Shown here: positions 18,996-28,778 of the stretch, one piece after another | Layout: every line of letters begins with the position of its first letter | How positions within the stretch are numbered: the stretch's first letter is position 1 | NCBI GenBank assembly: GCA_039803205.1 | Contig: JBDRYB010000002.1 | Span: 32,001 to 96,000, forward strand | Source: a candidate division WOR-3 bacterium | Lineage (GTDB): Bacteria; Hydrothermota; Hydrothermia; JBDRYB01 | Direction of reading: 5' to 3' | DNA length: 64,000 bases | The notes under the pieces: generated by a model | The model's input: only the letters and a program-made list of their open reading frames with translations | The model's database searches: none | What the model was told of the DNA's origin: nothing | Made by a program: the position numbers and the translations under genes

Positions 18996-19040
18996 GGACA
19001 AATTATAATGGTTATTCGCTCCTCGTTGCCGCCTTTTATA

Positions 19041-19721
19041 TCACAACAGGCATCCGAAAATGAGGAACAATCCCCCTATTACACTGAGAGCGATAAGGCA
19101 ATTGGAGACAAAATCGCCCTCCCCTATGGGTGTTTCATACATGAAGAGCTCAGCGCAGGGATCGGTCTTTTCCCGGTATGCAACAGGAGGCAGTTCAACC
19201 GGGGAGAGCTTTATCCGCATGGTATCCGTCGCGACCCCGGCCGCGCTTATCCTGCCTTCGTGAGCTATGTGGCCTGTCTTGTATGCCTTGAGCGGATACT
19301 CCTTTCCAAGCTCAAAACCCCTTATGGTGAGAGGGGACTTACCATGCAGGGTTGAGCCTATATAGATGCTCGCGCCCGGAGGGTCAGTTATGATGGTGAT
19401 GGAGCCGACAGGCTTTCCCCACTCTGCAATTGCGAGAGCGACCGCGGCAATATCTCCGAGGACATCCCGTAAGGCCTCCGTTTTGTCCTTGCTCACAGCA
19501 TACTGGGAGGAGGCAGTGCCGCCTCCTCTTAGGGTGTATTCTACGGATATGTAATATGACCCTATGGCCTCTGCTACCCTAAGCTCTATCCTCACATCCG
19601 GGGTATCGGATCTGACGAAACCCCTTGCTTCAAGGGCAATCCACAGGGCTTTTGCCGCATCCTCTGAGCCCTTATCAGCCGAAACCGCGGCCGAATATGC
19701 CAGAACTGCAAGAGCGAGCAT
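19041..19721 (-). CDS. PEGA-domain protein
   Basis: GSITIITDPPGASIYI...GKSPL; signal peptide and C-terminal TM. Confidence 0.75.
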   Translation of the reverse strand: MLALAVLAYSAAVSADKGSEDAAKALWIALEARGFVRSDTPDVRIELRVAEAIGSYYISVEYTLRGGGTASSQYAVSKDKTEALRDVLGDIAAVALAIAEWGKPVGSITIITDPPGASIYIGSTLHGKSPLTIRGFELGKEYPLKAYKTGHIAHEGRISAAGVATDTMRIKLSPVELPPVAYREKTDPCAELFMYETPIGEGDFVSNCLIALSVIGGLFLIFGCLL

Positions 19722-19722
19722 C

Positions 19723-20676
19723 TCACCACTCCTGAGGCACGAAGAAACGAGTCAACGCGTCCCATGTGAAGAGGAAGTGGAGGTTGGAATAGACCATCAT
19801 ATCAGCGATAGCAGGGGTAGGGTTGTCCACTTCCCCAGCGTAGAAAAGCCCAGCATCTATACACCAGTTGGGGGTAAAGAAGTATCTGACCCCTCCAAGG
19901 AGGGCATAGACAGCCTCAAGGCTAGCTGAGCTCGTGTCCGTTGGGAAGCAAACCTTAGGGACGAGCTGGCCCTCAAAGACCATGGCCGTGTTGTTAGCCA
20001 TGAACTTCTGAAGCCCTATGGTTCCGCCATAGAATATTACCTGCGTGAGGCTGCTGTCCTTGGCATAAGCGGTATCCCTTTCAACAGTCATTATCCTGTA
20101 ATCCGAGACAGATCCGCCGAGGTGAACGCTCCAACTACCCATGTCCCTTCCCATTACGCCGTAAAGGAACCCATATTTGACGCCATATTTGTTCCCACCT
20201 GCTTGGAAAGAGTAGTGATACCCAGGGGTTGTCCTGAGCTCAAGAGCGGTGAATACAGGGACTTTCTTGGTTTGGCGGCTCAGTTGGAGCTTGAAGGATG
20301 TGGTGGGTGCCACTATTGAGCCAGTGGAAAGGTTCGTAAGGACACCAGCTATCATGAATCTGCCCTCAACAACATCCCCAAGGCCAAGTCCGAGGACGCC
20401 CTGGAATATGCCCGCCTCCTGGAATGCCTCCGCGGATCCGAGGGATACCCCTCCATTCAGCCAGAATGTCCTGGAAGGAAGGACCTTCGCTGTTGGCACC
20501 GTGAAGCATCTGGTTGGCATGAGGTAGTCTTGAGGCCAGATTTTTAGTGAGTTTATCGGCTTGGCCGCATTTTTTGGTATCACGGAAGCTGTCTCTGGTT
20601 TCTCCTCCGTCACTGAGAGCTTGACCTCAGGGATGCTAGTCTGGGAAATGACCGCAAAAGAAAGGCAATAAAACAT
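19723..20676 (-). CDS. Putative outer-membrane beta-barrel protein (YjbH-like)
   Basis: GGAGG SD; VPTA.VLP start of mature region followed by amphipathic beta strands. Confidence 0.5.
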   Translation of the reverse strand: MFYCLSFAVISQTSIPEVKLSVTEEKPETASVIPKNAAKPINSLKIWPQDYLMPTRCFTVPTAKVLPSRTFWLNGGVSLGSAEAFQEAGIFQGVLGLGLGDVVEGRFMIAGVLTNLSTGSIVAPTTSFKLQLSRQTKKVPVFTALELRTTPGYHYSFQAGGNKYGVKYGFLYGVMGRDMGSWSVHLGGSVSDYRIMTVERDTAYAKDSSLTQVIFYGGTIGLQKFMANNTAMVFEGQLVPKVCFPTDTSSASLEAVYALLGGVRYFFTPNWCIDAGLFYAGEVDNPTPAIADMMVYSNLHFLFTWDALTRFFVPQEW

Positions 20677-20746
20677 CTTAACCTCCTTGCCGGAAAGTAT
20701 AAACCATTCGGGAGAAGGCGCGCAAGCTTTCAGTGAGAGATATAAA

Positions 20747-20775
20747 CCCCAGGGAGCCGCTGGGGCTCCCTGGGG
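20747..20775 (-). terminator. Intrinsic terminator after the ferredoxin gene
   Basis: Perfect 12-bp stem CCCCAGGGAGCC/GGCTCCCTGGGG with a 5-nt loop, followed by TTTAT on the minus strand. Confidence 0.65.
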
Positions 20776-20806
20776 CAGGAGGGGGTGGTGGGTGTGGGGG
20801 AAGGTG

Positions 20807-21022
20807 TTATTCTACCTCTTCAACGAAGATGCAAGCTCCCGGGCACTCGTCAACCATACGCTTTGCCTGGGATATGAGGTTATCGTCAGTAAGCATCTCC
20901 ATGCCCGGTTTAACAAAGGCCAGCCCTTCGTCGTCCATCTCAAAAACCTGAGGCACCTCGTCAGCGCATATCGCGTCTCCGGTGCACAGGTCTCTATCTA
21001 TCCATACTTTCACCTTTGCCAT
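20807..21022 (-). CDS. Monocluster ferredoxin
   Basis: KVWIDRDLCTGDAIC...P.VF.M...ECPGACI; GGAGG SD. Confidence 0.92.
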   Translation of the reverse strand: MAKVKVWIDRDLCTGDAICADEVPQVFEMDDEGLAFVKPGMEMLTDDNLISQAKRMVDECPGACIFVEEVE

Positions 21023-21098
21023 CTTTCACAGCCTCCTAAGACTCATCGTAAGGTAGAAGATTATAAAGCAATTCGCGTGGCAGTGCAAGCTCCCCGCC

Positions 21099-22007
21099 TC
21101 AATCCCTCTTGCCCTTGAACAGAGCTCTTATCACATACCCGAGCATGTCCGGGTTTTCCTTGAAGCGCCTTATCACATAGGGTTTCCAGTCCCTTCCGAA
21201 AGGAACATAGAGCCTGAGCCTGTGGCCCTCTTTGACCAGGATGTCCCTGAGGCGCTCTTTTACCCCGTATAGCATCTGAAACTCGTATTGCTCCCGGCTC
21301 AGGTTGAACTTGTGGATTATAGCGAGCGCTTCCCATATCATCCTCTCGTTGTGGGTCGCGAAGGCCGGGTATCCTCCCGATGAAACGAGCGTCCTTGCAA
21401 CCAAGCCGAAGTTCCTGTGAACCACATAGCTGTCCTGAAAGGCAACCTCCGGTGGTTCCTTGTATATCCCCTTGCATATCCGGACCACGGGCCTCCACCT
21501 CGCCATGCGCTTCATATCAGAGACAGCCCTTCGGAGCATGGTTTGGCTCACCCATCCCACATTCTCATAGCCCTCTGACCTGAGGCGCTCGTATATCTCA
21601 AGCGTAGCGTCAACCGTGGATGAATCCTCCATGTCCATGCACACGAAGCGACCGAATCCCGAAGCGGCCTGGACGATCTCCTTGATGTTTCCGTAGCAGA
21701 ACTCCTTGCTTATGAGCAGGCCAAAGTGCGTTGGCTTTATGGAGATATCAGCTTGCAACCGCTCCTCAGAGAGCCTTTCCAGAACGCGCTTGTAGGTCTT
21801 CACGACCTCCATCACCTTGCGCTCATCGGTAAGGCTTTCGCCGAGAAGGTCAACGGTGGCGAGGATACCCCTCGCGTTCAGCTCCTTTATGACCCGAACA
21901 GCGTCCGAGAGGTCTGGGCCGGCTATGTATCTCCTGGCAAAGAGGAAGAGTATGGGTTTGGGCGTTATCCTGAGACAAGATATAATCAGGCTGTTTATTG
22001 GGTTCAT
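21099..22007 (-). CDS. Monofunctional proline dehydrogenase
   Basis: RYIAG, VDLLGE, SIKPT, MDMEDS, RICKGIY.E, ATHN, EFQMLYG, RLYVPFG..W..Y..RR..E. Confidence 0.93.
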   Translation of the reverse strand: MNPINSLIISCLRITPKPILFLFARRYIAGPDLSDAVRVIKELNARGILATVDLLGESLTDERKVMEVVKTYKRVLERLSEERLQADISIKPTHFGLLISKEFCYGNIKEIVQAASGFGRFVCMDMEDSSTVDATLEIYERLRSEGYENVGWVSQTMLRRAVSDMKRMARWRPVVRICKGIYKEPPEVAFQDSYVVHRNFGLVARTLVSSGGYPAFATHNERMIWEALAIIHKFNLSREQYEFQMLYGVKERLRDILVKEGHRLRLYVPFGRDWKPYVIRRFKENPDMLGYVIRALFKGKRD

Positions 22008-23155
22008 TTTCCGGGCTCTTTCTCAGCCCCCTCACCCGGTTTTTCCTTTTCCACTACCACCTCTTCTAATGCCTCTGGCCTCTGAGCTAGGAGGTCAATG
22101 TCGTCCTTCTTCTTGTAGAGGACGATGTATATGAGGGTCTGGCCTGACCAGCACATCGCGCCCAGATACGAGAGGAGGATGAATAGGATTATGTAATAAA
22201 CAACCCCTAGAGCGGTTCCGGCGGCTATCGTTGCCTTCGCGGTGGCCGCATGGCCTGTGAGAGCGAAGAACTTTGAAAGGCTCACCGCGTCCATGAACCT
22301 CAGACTCCAGATGGAAAGCGAGAAGCAGTCAACGAAGCGCACCGCGACATCATGGGCGAAAAGCGCCTGCGGATAACCGAACCCCATGGCCCAAAATGTC
22401 AGCTTAGCGGACCATGTGAGGAAGAACCCGAATATAATCAGGGCTACTGCCTTCACGATTAGGAGGATCACCTGATACACGATAAAGCGCCAGTTCTGCT
22501 CGTTCAGGATAGAGAAGGTTTCAAAAAGAGCATCAAATGTGTCGGCCTGGGTGGTGGCGACAGCAGGGGCTACGACGAAAAGCGAGACCGCGAAACCTAT
22601 CATCACATAGATTATGAAAAGGGACACGAAGAGGAAGAACAGAAAGAGTATCGCGTCAATTACCCCGCCGGCCGCTGGTATCCTGCCCAGGTAGAAAACC
22701 CCAACCTCTATCCCCAAAAGAACCAACGAGAGGACCAGGAGGGTCAAGGGGGCGAGGACAGTTGCTTTTCCCTTCCGGAGCGCGAGCTTCATGGCCTTTG
22801 ATACCTCATACAGCTCGTCTCCCTTGAACTGCTCATAGGCTATCTTGGATATGGCGACGCCCGTGAAGAGCTGAACCACACCGAAGAGCACTACGCCGAG
22901 CCACCACACTATCTGGGACTTCAGGCCGAAAACGAGATATTCTCCTGTGAGAACGGGAATGGGCAAGAGGTGGTAAAACCTCCAAATATCATAGGGTTTG
23001 AACCCAGCCATGCTGTAAGCCAGATATGTCAGGGGCACATACAGGATAAGCCCTATGATTATGCCCAGAAACTGCACCCACATCTTCTTCACTGAGAGGC
23101 CGCATCTGGGGGCTCTCAGGACATCCTTGAAATTGAAGTGGAGCTTTATGTGCAT
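22004..23155 (-). CDS. Multi-pass membrane protein of unknown function
   Basis: Several long hydrophobic segments; overlaps both neighbours. Confidence 0.7.
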   Translation of the reverse strand: MHIKLHFNFKDVLRAPRCGLSVKKMWVQFLGIIIGLILYVPLTYLAYSMAGFKPYDIWRFYHLLPIPVLTGEYLVFGLKSQIVWWLGVVLFGVVQLFTGVAISKIAYEQFKGDELYEVSKAMKLALRKGKATVLAPLTLLVLSLVLLGIEVGVFYLGRIPAAGGVIDAILFLFFLFVSLFIIYVMIGFAVSLFVVAPAVATTQADTFDALFETFSILNEQNWRFIVYQVILLIVKAVALIIFGFFLTWSAKLTFWAMGFGYPQALFAHDVAVRFVDCFSLSIWSLRFMDAVSLSKFFALTGHAATAKATIAAGTALGVVYYIILFILLSYLGAMCWSGQTLIYIVLYKKKDDIDLLAQRPEALEEVVVEKEKPGEGAEKEPGK

Positions 23156-24456
23156 GGAAAAACCTCCTTTATCTTCTCGTCTATGAAGGCTTCGGCTTCG
23201 TCTATATCATTTTGGGAGATGGTCAGGACCTTGCCATCCTCAACCAAGACCTCTCCGCCAACGACGACCCAGACCACATCCTCTCCTGAGGCCGAATATA
23301 CCACATGGGATTCCGGGGAGCGGAGTGGTCTCAAGTGGGGCTTTCTCCCATCAATGACGATGAAATCAGCGAGCTTGCCAGGGGTCAGTGAGCCTATCCT
23401 CTCCCCGAGGCCGAGGGTCTCAGCGCCCCCTGAGGTCGCCATCCTTATGACATCCGCGGCCCTGACCGCGGTCGGGTCGCAGGTTTGCACTTTGTGTATG
23501 AGAGCGCATGTTCTCATCTCATCAAACATATCAAGGTTGTTGTTTGAGGCCGCACCATCGGTCCCAAGCCCAAGTCTGACACCCTGGGCCATGTATCCGG
23601 GGACAGGGGCAATCCCTGAGGCGAGCTTGCAGTTTGACTGCGGGCAGTGAACTATTCCGGCTCCTCTCTTGGCGAGAATGTCCCTATCTCGCTTGTCAAC
23701 CCATACGCCGTGGGCCCCAACGAACCAAGGCCCCAGGACCCCCAGTTCATCCAAAAACCTCACGGGGGTTGTGCCCTTTGATCTTCCAATATCATCAAGC
23801 TCAGTTCTCGTCTCTGAGAGGTGCATGTGCAGGATTACCCCGAATTCTTTGGCCATCTCCGCGCCAGCCTTTATCAAGCTCTCTGAACAAGAGTAGGGCG
23901 CGTGAAGCCCTACACCTGGATAGACGCGGTCGTCCCCCTTCCAGCGCTCTATGAAGCCACGGGTTCTCTCAAGGCCCTCTTCTGGAGTCCTGGCTGAGGG
24001 GGTAGGGTAGTCAATAACCCCTTCCGTGAGGACTGCCCTCATGCCCGCTTTCTTTACCTCCTCGGCCAAAACTTCCTCAAAGAAATACATGTCCACGAAA
24101 AGGGTTGTTCCCGTTCTGAGCATCTCAGAAATGGCTATCTTGGCCGCGTGTCTTATGAAATCCTCTGAGACTATTGCCCTCTCAGCTGGCCAGATGTAAT
24201 CCCCCAACCACTCCGAAAGGGGAAGATCATCAGCGAGGCCCCGGAACCCGACCATCGCGGCGTGCGTATGCGCGTTTATGAGACCGGGCATGATTATCCC
24301 CATCGGGAATTCAAATGTTTCTCCATCGTATTTCTTGATGAGCTCGGGGGCAATTCCGACATCCGCTATCCTTTCACCCTCAGTAATGAGAGCGCCATCC
24401 TCAATGGTCCCTAATTCCGGATCAGAGGTTATAACCCAACGGGCACGCCAGAGCAT
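23146..24456 (-). CDS. mtaD: Amidohydrolase, probable 5'-methylthioadenosine/SAH deaminase
   Basis: PGLINAHTH, RGLADDLPL..WL...IWPAE, DMYF, HAPYSC, HLSET, GTDGAASNN. Confidence 0.82.
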   Translation of the reverse strand: MLWRARWVITSDPELGTIEDGALITEGERIADVGIAPELIKKYDGETFEFPMGIIMPGLINAHTHAAMVGFRGLADDLPLSEWLGDYIWPAERAIVSEDFIRHAAKIAISEMLRTGTTLFVDMYFFEEVLAEEVKKAGMRAVLTEGVIDYPTPSARTPEEGLERTRGFIERWKGDDRVYPGVGLHAPYSCSESLIKAGAEMAKEFGVILHMHLSETRTELDDIGRSKGTTPVRFLDELGVLGPWFVGAHGVWVDKRDRDILAKRGAGIVHCPQSNCKLASGIAPVPGYMAQGVRLGLGTDGAASNNNLDMFDEMRTCALIHKVQTCDPTAVRAADVIRMATSGGAETLGLGERIGSLTPGKLADFIVIDGRKPHLRPLRSPESHVVYSASGEDVVWVVVGGEVLVEDGKVLTISQNDIDEAEAFIDEKIKEVFPCT

Positions 24457-24531
24457 TACCGCAAATATTAAAGCAAAGGCACGGCCACGGGCAAAGTGCG
24501 CGGCCTCAGCCACAGCCAGTATAATTTCCCT

Positions 24532-25806
24532 ATGCTTGACAGGGCTTATCTCAGGGAGCGTGAACCCGAGCTCCGAAACTCCCTCATAGCAAGAGGCTGG
24601 GATGAGAAGTTCCTGGATGAGATCCTTGCCCTTGATGAGAGGAGGAGAGCCTTAATAAGGGAGGCCGACGATCTGAGAGCGAGACGCAACGAGCTTTCCA
24701 GGGCTGTCGGGGAGATGAAGAAGCGAGGGGAGGATGCGGCTGAGATAATGGGGAGCGTGAGGAGGGTCTCGGAGCGCCTTGACGAGCTGGAAAGGCTGGA
24801 AAAGGAGGCCGAAGACGAGTTCGCGAGAGCCTGGCTCTCTCTCCCAAACATCCCCCACGAGAGCGTCCCAAGGGGCAAGGATGAGAGCGAGAACATCGTG
24901 GTGGCCGAATGGGGTGAAAAACCCAGGTTCTCATTCAAGCCAGCCGCTCACTGGGACCTTGGCCCTGCGCTCGGCATAATGGACTTTGAGGCTGCGGCGA
25001 GGCTATCCGGCTCCCGTTTCGTCCTCTTCAGGGGCGTGGGTTCAAGGCTCGTCAGGGCCCTCATGAATTTCTTCCTTGATGTCAACACAACCGAATACGG
25101 GTATACCGAGATATGGCCCCCTGCGCTCGTCAGGTCAGAAGCCGCGCTCGGCTCCGGCCACCTCCCGAAGTTCCGGGAGGAGATGTATTACACGGGGGAC
25201 GAGGATGGGCTTTACCTCATTCCCACAGCAGAACTCCCCCTCGCTAACCTTCACATGGGCCAAACCCTCCGGGAGGAGCAATTGCCCTTAAAATACACGG
25301 CTTATTCTCCCTGTTTCCGGCGTGAGGCCGGCAGCTACGGGAAGGATGTGAGGGGGATGATAAGGGTTCACCAGTTTGACAAGGTTGAGCTCTTCAGGTA
25401 TGTTTTGCCTGAGAATTCTTTCCAGGCCCTGGAGGAGATGCGGGCAGAGGCCGAGGGGCTTCTTCAGAGGCTATGCCTACCGTATAGGGTTGTTGAGCTA
25501 TGCACGGGGGACCTGGGTTTCGCTTCTGCCAAGACATACGACCTTGAGGTTTGGGCGCCCGGGATTGAGAGGTGGCTTGAGGTCTCATCAATAAGCAACA
25601 CAACGGATTTCCAGGCGAGAAGGTCTGGAACGAGGCTACGGAGAAAGGACGGGACCATGAGCTGGCCCCATACCCTGAACGGCTCAGGCCTTGCCTTCGC
25701 GAGAGTGATAGTTGCCATTCTTGAGAACTATCAGCTTGAGGGGGGCCTGGTCAGGGTTCCTGACGCGCTAGTGCCCTACATGGGAACCGATGTGATAGGG
25801 CCGTGA
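24532..25806 (+). CDS. serS: Serine--tRNA ligase
   Basis: N-terminal coiled coil; LIPTAE, FRREAGSYG, RVHQFDKVE, KTYDLEVW, EVSSISN, HTLNGSGLA. Confidence 0.98.
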   Translation: MLDRAYLREREPELRNSLIARGWDEKFLDEILALDERRRALIREADDLRARRNELSRAVGEMKKRGEDAAEIMGSVRRVSERLDELERLEKEAEDEFARAWLSLPNIPHESVPRGKDESENIVVAEWGEKPRFSFKPAAHWDLGPALGIMDFEAAARLSGSRFVLFRGVGSRLVRALMNFFLDVNTTEYGYTEIWPPALVRSEAALGSGHLPKFREEMYYTGDEDGLYLIPTAELPLANLHMGQTLREEQLPLKYTAYSPCFRREAGSYGKDVRGMIRVHQFDKVELFRYVLPENSFQALEEMRAEAEGLLQRLCLPYRVVELCTGDLGFASAKTYDLEVWAPGIERWLEVSSISNTTDFQARRSGTRLRRKDGTMSWPHTLNGSGLAFARVIVAILENYQLEGGLVRVPDALVPYMGTDVIGP

Positions 25807-26785
25807 TGAGGACAAAAAAGATAATAATCCTTTTTTCGTTTTTCTCGGAATCCTGTGCTTTGGTATTGTAGGATACATGATCATAGAGGGCTGGGGGTTT
25901 CTTGATTCACTCTATCAAACTGTGATAACCATTTCAGCGGTTGGCTTTGAGGTTTATCCGCTTTCGGACGCCGGGAGGATATTTACCATAGTGTTATTGA
26001 TATTGGCGATAAGCTTCGTTGCTTATTCGGCGAGTCAATTTGTGAGCTTTATCGTGGAGGGGAGACTAAATGAGTTCTTCAGCAAAAGAAGGATGAAAAA
26101 GCTTCTGAGTGAGCTTAGGGATCACTTTATAGTTTGTGGCTACGGGAGAATGGGCGCGCTGGTCGCGAACAACTTGCGCTCAGAGGGCCAGTCCCTGGTG
26201 GTAATTGACGATGACCCCGAAATGGTTAGAAAGGCAACAGAAGAAGGATTCCTGGCCATAGAGGGGGATGCTACCCAGGAAGAGGTTCTCAAGCGCGCTG
26301 GAATAGAAAGGGCAAAAGCCGTTGCCGCGGTTCTCCGAGACGAACCGCAAAACCTCTATCTTACCATAACAGCTAAGGCCTTAAATCCCTCTGCTAGGGT
26401 AGTTGCCAAAGCCCTTACCGAGGAAGGAAAAGCCAGGCTTGAGAAGGTTGGAGCGGACACAGTTATCCTCATTTATAACATAGGAGGAGACAGGTTGTCT
26501 TTAGCGTTACTAAGACCGGAGGATCTTGATTTTGTGTATATTGCTCACGGGGCAGGTAAGCACATCGTAATAGGCGAGACAAGGCTTCCTCCAAATTGTA
26601 GGATCCTCGGGAAAACGGTTGGGAAGGCAGGACTGAAAGAGCAGTATGGAATAGACCTCCTTCTCATCAAGCGGGAAAACAATATAATCCTTCCGGGCCC
26701 TTCTGACACCCTTGCAGAAGGAGATGTGCTTTTTTTGATGGGCGAAAGAGAGCAGGTTATGAGGTTCTTAAGGGATAGGCTCTAA
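25806..26785 (+). CDS. Potassium channel protein (pore plus RCK/TrkA-N/C), frameshifted near the 5' end
   Basis: EGW.FLDSLY.TVITIS.VGF pore; HFIVCGYGRMG; GDAT. First TM is encoded upstream of ATG 25877, out of frame with ATG 25806. Confidence 0.8.
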
Positions 26786-27396
26786 CAACCCAGTTTCACC
26801 TCCACTATCTCCCCTCTCGGCTCTGTCTCCTGGAATATCTGGCCAGTGAATCGGAAAACCTTGCAATCAGGGTGCATCCATGTGTCCCGGGGCATCCCAG
26901 CCTTCATGCATGTATAACCCAGAAACTCATCAATCCCCCAGCCGTTCTCAACCGGAACCTGCGGTAGCAAGAGTCCAGCCCTCCCTGTTATGTATCTCAC
27001 GAGAAGGCCGTGGACCCCTATCTTTATCCCGTTTCTTATCTCATCTGGGGTATTGCCCGGAACGGGCTCAGGGGGGCTGAGCACCGTTAGTTCAACCACG
27101 AGGCTGTCCATTTCATCTTTTGAAACCGGGGTGAAACGGGGATCTTTGAAGGCCGCGGCAAGGGCCGCGTTCAGGACAGCGTCCAACAGGGGTAGAGATG
27201 GCTCAGGAAAACCTATACAGCCCCTCAGATTGTGATCCGGATGGGTTTTTAGGGTAACGAAAACCCCCCTCGGCTCCTTGAAGGCCAGCGGGAACCCCCC
27301 CTCCGGACCAAGAGCCTCACCTGAGAGCCTGGATTCTATTGCCTTTCTCGCAAGGCGAACCAAAATTTGGCCTTCCTCGGCCGAAAGGGAGTTCAT
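26782..27396 (-). CDS. AMMECR1-domain protein
   Basis: GVFVTL, LRGCIG, AAFKDPRF, GLLLPQV, CMKAG. Confidence 0.92.
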   Translation of the reverse strand: MNSLSAEEGQILVRLARKAIESRLSGEALGPEGGFPLAFKEPRGVFVTLKTHPDHNLRGCIGFPEPSLPLLDAVLNAALAAAFKDPRFTPVSKDEMDSLVVELTVLSPPEPVPGNTPDEIRNGIKIGVHGLLVRYITGRAGLLLPQVPVENGWGIDEFLGYTCMKAGMPRDTWMHPDCKVFRFTGQIFQETEPRGEIVEVKLGC

Positions 27397-27422
27397 GTCG
27401 CCCTCCTGGAACCTGGGATCCC

Positions 27423-28661
27423 TTATTTAGGCTTTACTTCCTTCCCTGTTCTTATCGGGGTTTCTGTTTGGGGGGTCTCTGCCTCAGGGGTCTCGGTGGC
27501 CTTAGCTGCGCTCTTGTATGGGGAGAGTATGAACTTCTTGTAGAAGGAGAACTTGGCCCCCTCCATCTTCACGACTACCGTTGCTTTTGCGGAGGGCTCA
27601 TACTGCTTTCCGAACTCTATCTTGCCGGTTGAGCCCTCATATGCAACGAACTGCATTTGGTCCCTGAGCCCTTCCCTTGTTATGCTCTGTGCCTTGGATA
27701 AGACATTATAGAGGACCATGTAAGCATCGTAACCGAGAGCGCTAAAGGATGAGGGGCTCTCAGAGTATCTGGCCGTGTATCTCTCCACAAACGGCTTTAT
27801 GCTGGGATCATCTGGAGAGAAATGCGTCACGAAGTAGCATGCTCCGGGAACATCACCAACCAGAGCAGGGAGTTTCCTTGAGTCCCAGCCATCGCCGCCT
27901 ATTATCGCCCCCTTGTAGCCAGCCTTTCTGAGAGCAACGATCGCCCGTGCCGCGTCCTCGTAATAGAGGGGCAGGAATATACCCGTTTTCTCCTGGGGAG
28001 CCTTGAAGGACTTGAGAATATCCTTGACGGTGTTCTCATCGCATATGGGTTCCCCTGGCTTGCGTATAACGGTCTTGGTTATCTTTATGCCAGCATCACC
28101 GGCAAACCCGCTGAAGTTGGAGGCAAGCTCCTCGCTGTATGGGTTGCCGTCAAGCTCGACTATGGCTACTTCTTCAAGTCCAAGGCCCTCAGGGCCAGCC
28201 AGGTGAGCCGCGGCCTGGCCTATGTGCTTGTTTGAGGCGCAGACGCGCCAGAGATAGTTGCTTCCCTCAATTACATTGTTGTATGTGGCCGAAGGTGTCA
28301 GGGTGGGGAGGGACATGGCGTTCACCGTTGCCTTTATGGCCAGGGCATCCGTACTGGTCACGGGGCCTATCACAGCAACCACGCCCTCTGCTTCCAGCTC
28401 CTTGAGTATAGCCTCAAGTTTGGAAGGATCGCCAGCATAGTCCTTCTCTATGATCTTTATGGTAGCGCCCTGGACCTTGTCTCCGGTCTCAGCTAGGCCC
28501 ATATATACGCCGTTCAGTATGTCCCTGGCGTAGCCGGAGAGCTCCCCTGATGCGCTCAGCGGGAGAAGGACTCCTATCTTCACCTCCTTGGGCTTCTGTG
28601 GGCAACCTATGCTCATGAGGCCCAGAACTCCCAACGCGGATATTCCTATCCTCTTCAACAT
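27423..28661 (-). CDS. Branched-chain amino acid-type (LivJ/K-like) substrate-binding lipoprotein
   Basis: Lipobox SIGC; KIGVLLPLS, VIGPVTS, GGDGWDS, ALGYDA; GAGGAGG SD. Confidence 0.85.
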   Translation of the reverse strand: MLKRIGISALGVLGLMSIGCPQKPKEVKIGVLLPLSASGELSGYARDILNGVYMGLAETGDKVQGATIKIIEKDYAGDPSKLEAILKELEAEGVVAVIGPVTSTDALAIKATVNAMSLPTLTPSATYNNVIEGSNYLWRVCASNKHIGQAAAHLAGPEGLGLEEVAIVELDGNPYSEELASNFSGFAGDAGIKITKTVIRKPGEPICDENTVKDILKSFKAPQEKTGIFLPLYYEDAARAIVALRKAGYKGAIIGGDGWDSRKLPALVGDVPGACYFVTHFSPDDPSIKPFVERYTARYSESPSSFSALGYDAYMVLYNVLSKAQSITREGLRDQMQFVAYEGSTGKIEFGKQYEPSAKATVVVKMEGAKFSFYKKFILSPYKSAAKATETPEAETPQTETPIRTGKEVKPK

Positions 28662-28778
28662 GTTAAAACCTCCTCGTTTTTGGTTAAGGGGCAAATTATA
28701 GGGGCCTCATTCAAGGGGTTTCAAGATCATTGGCTAAGGAAGGGTATCCCATTAGGGACCGATTCCGGAAGATTTTCG

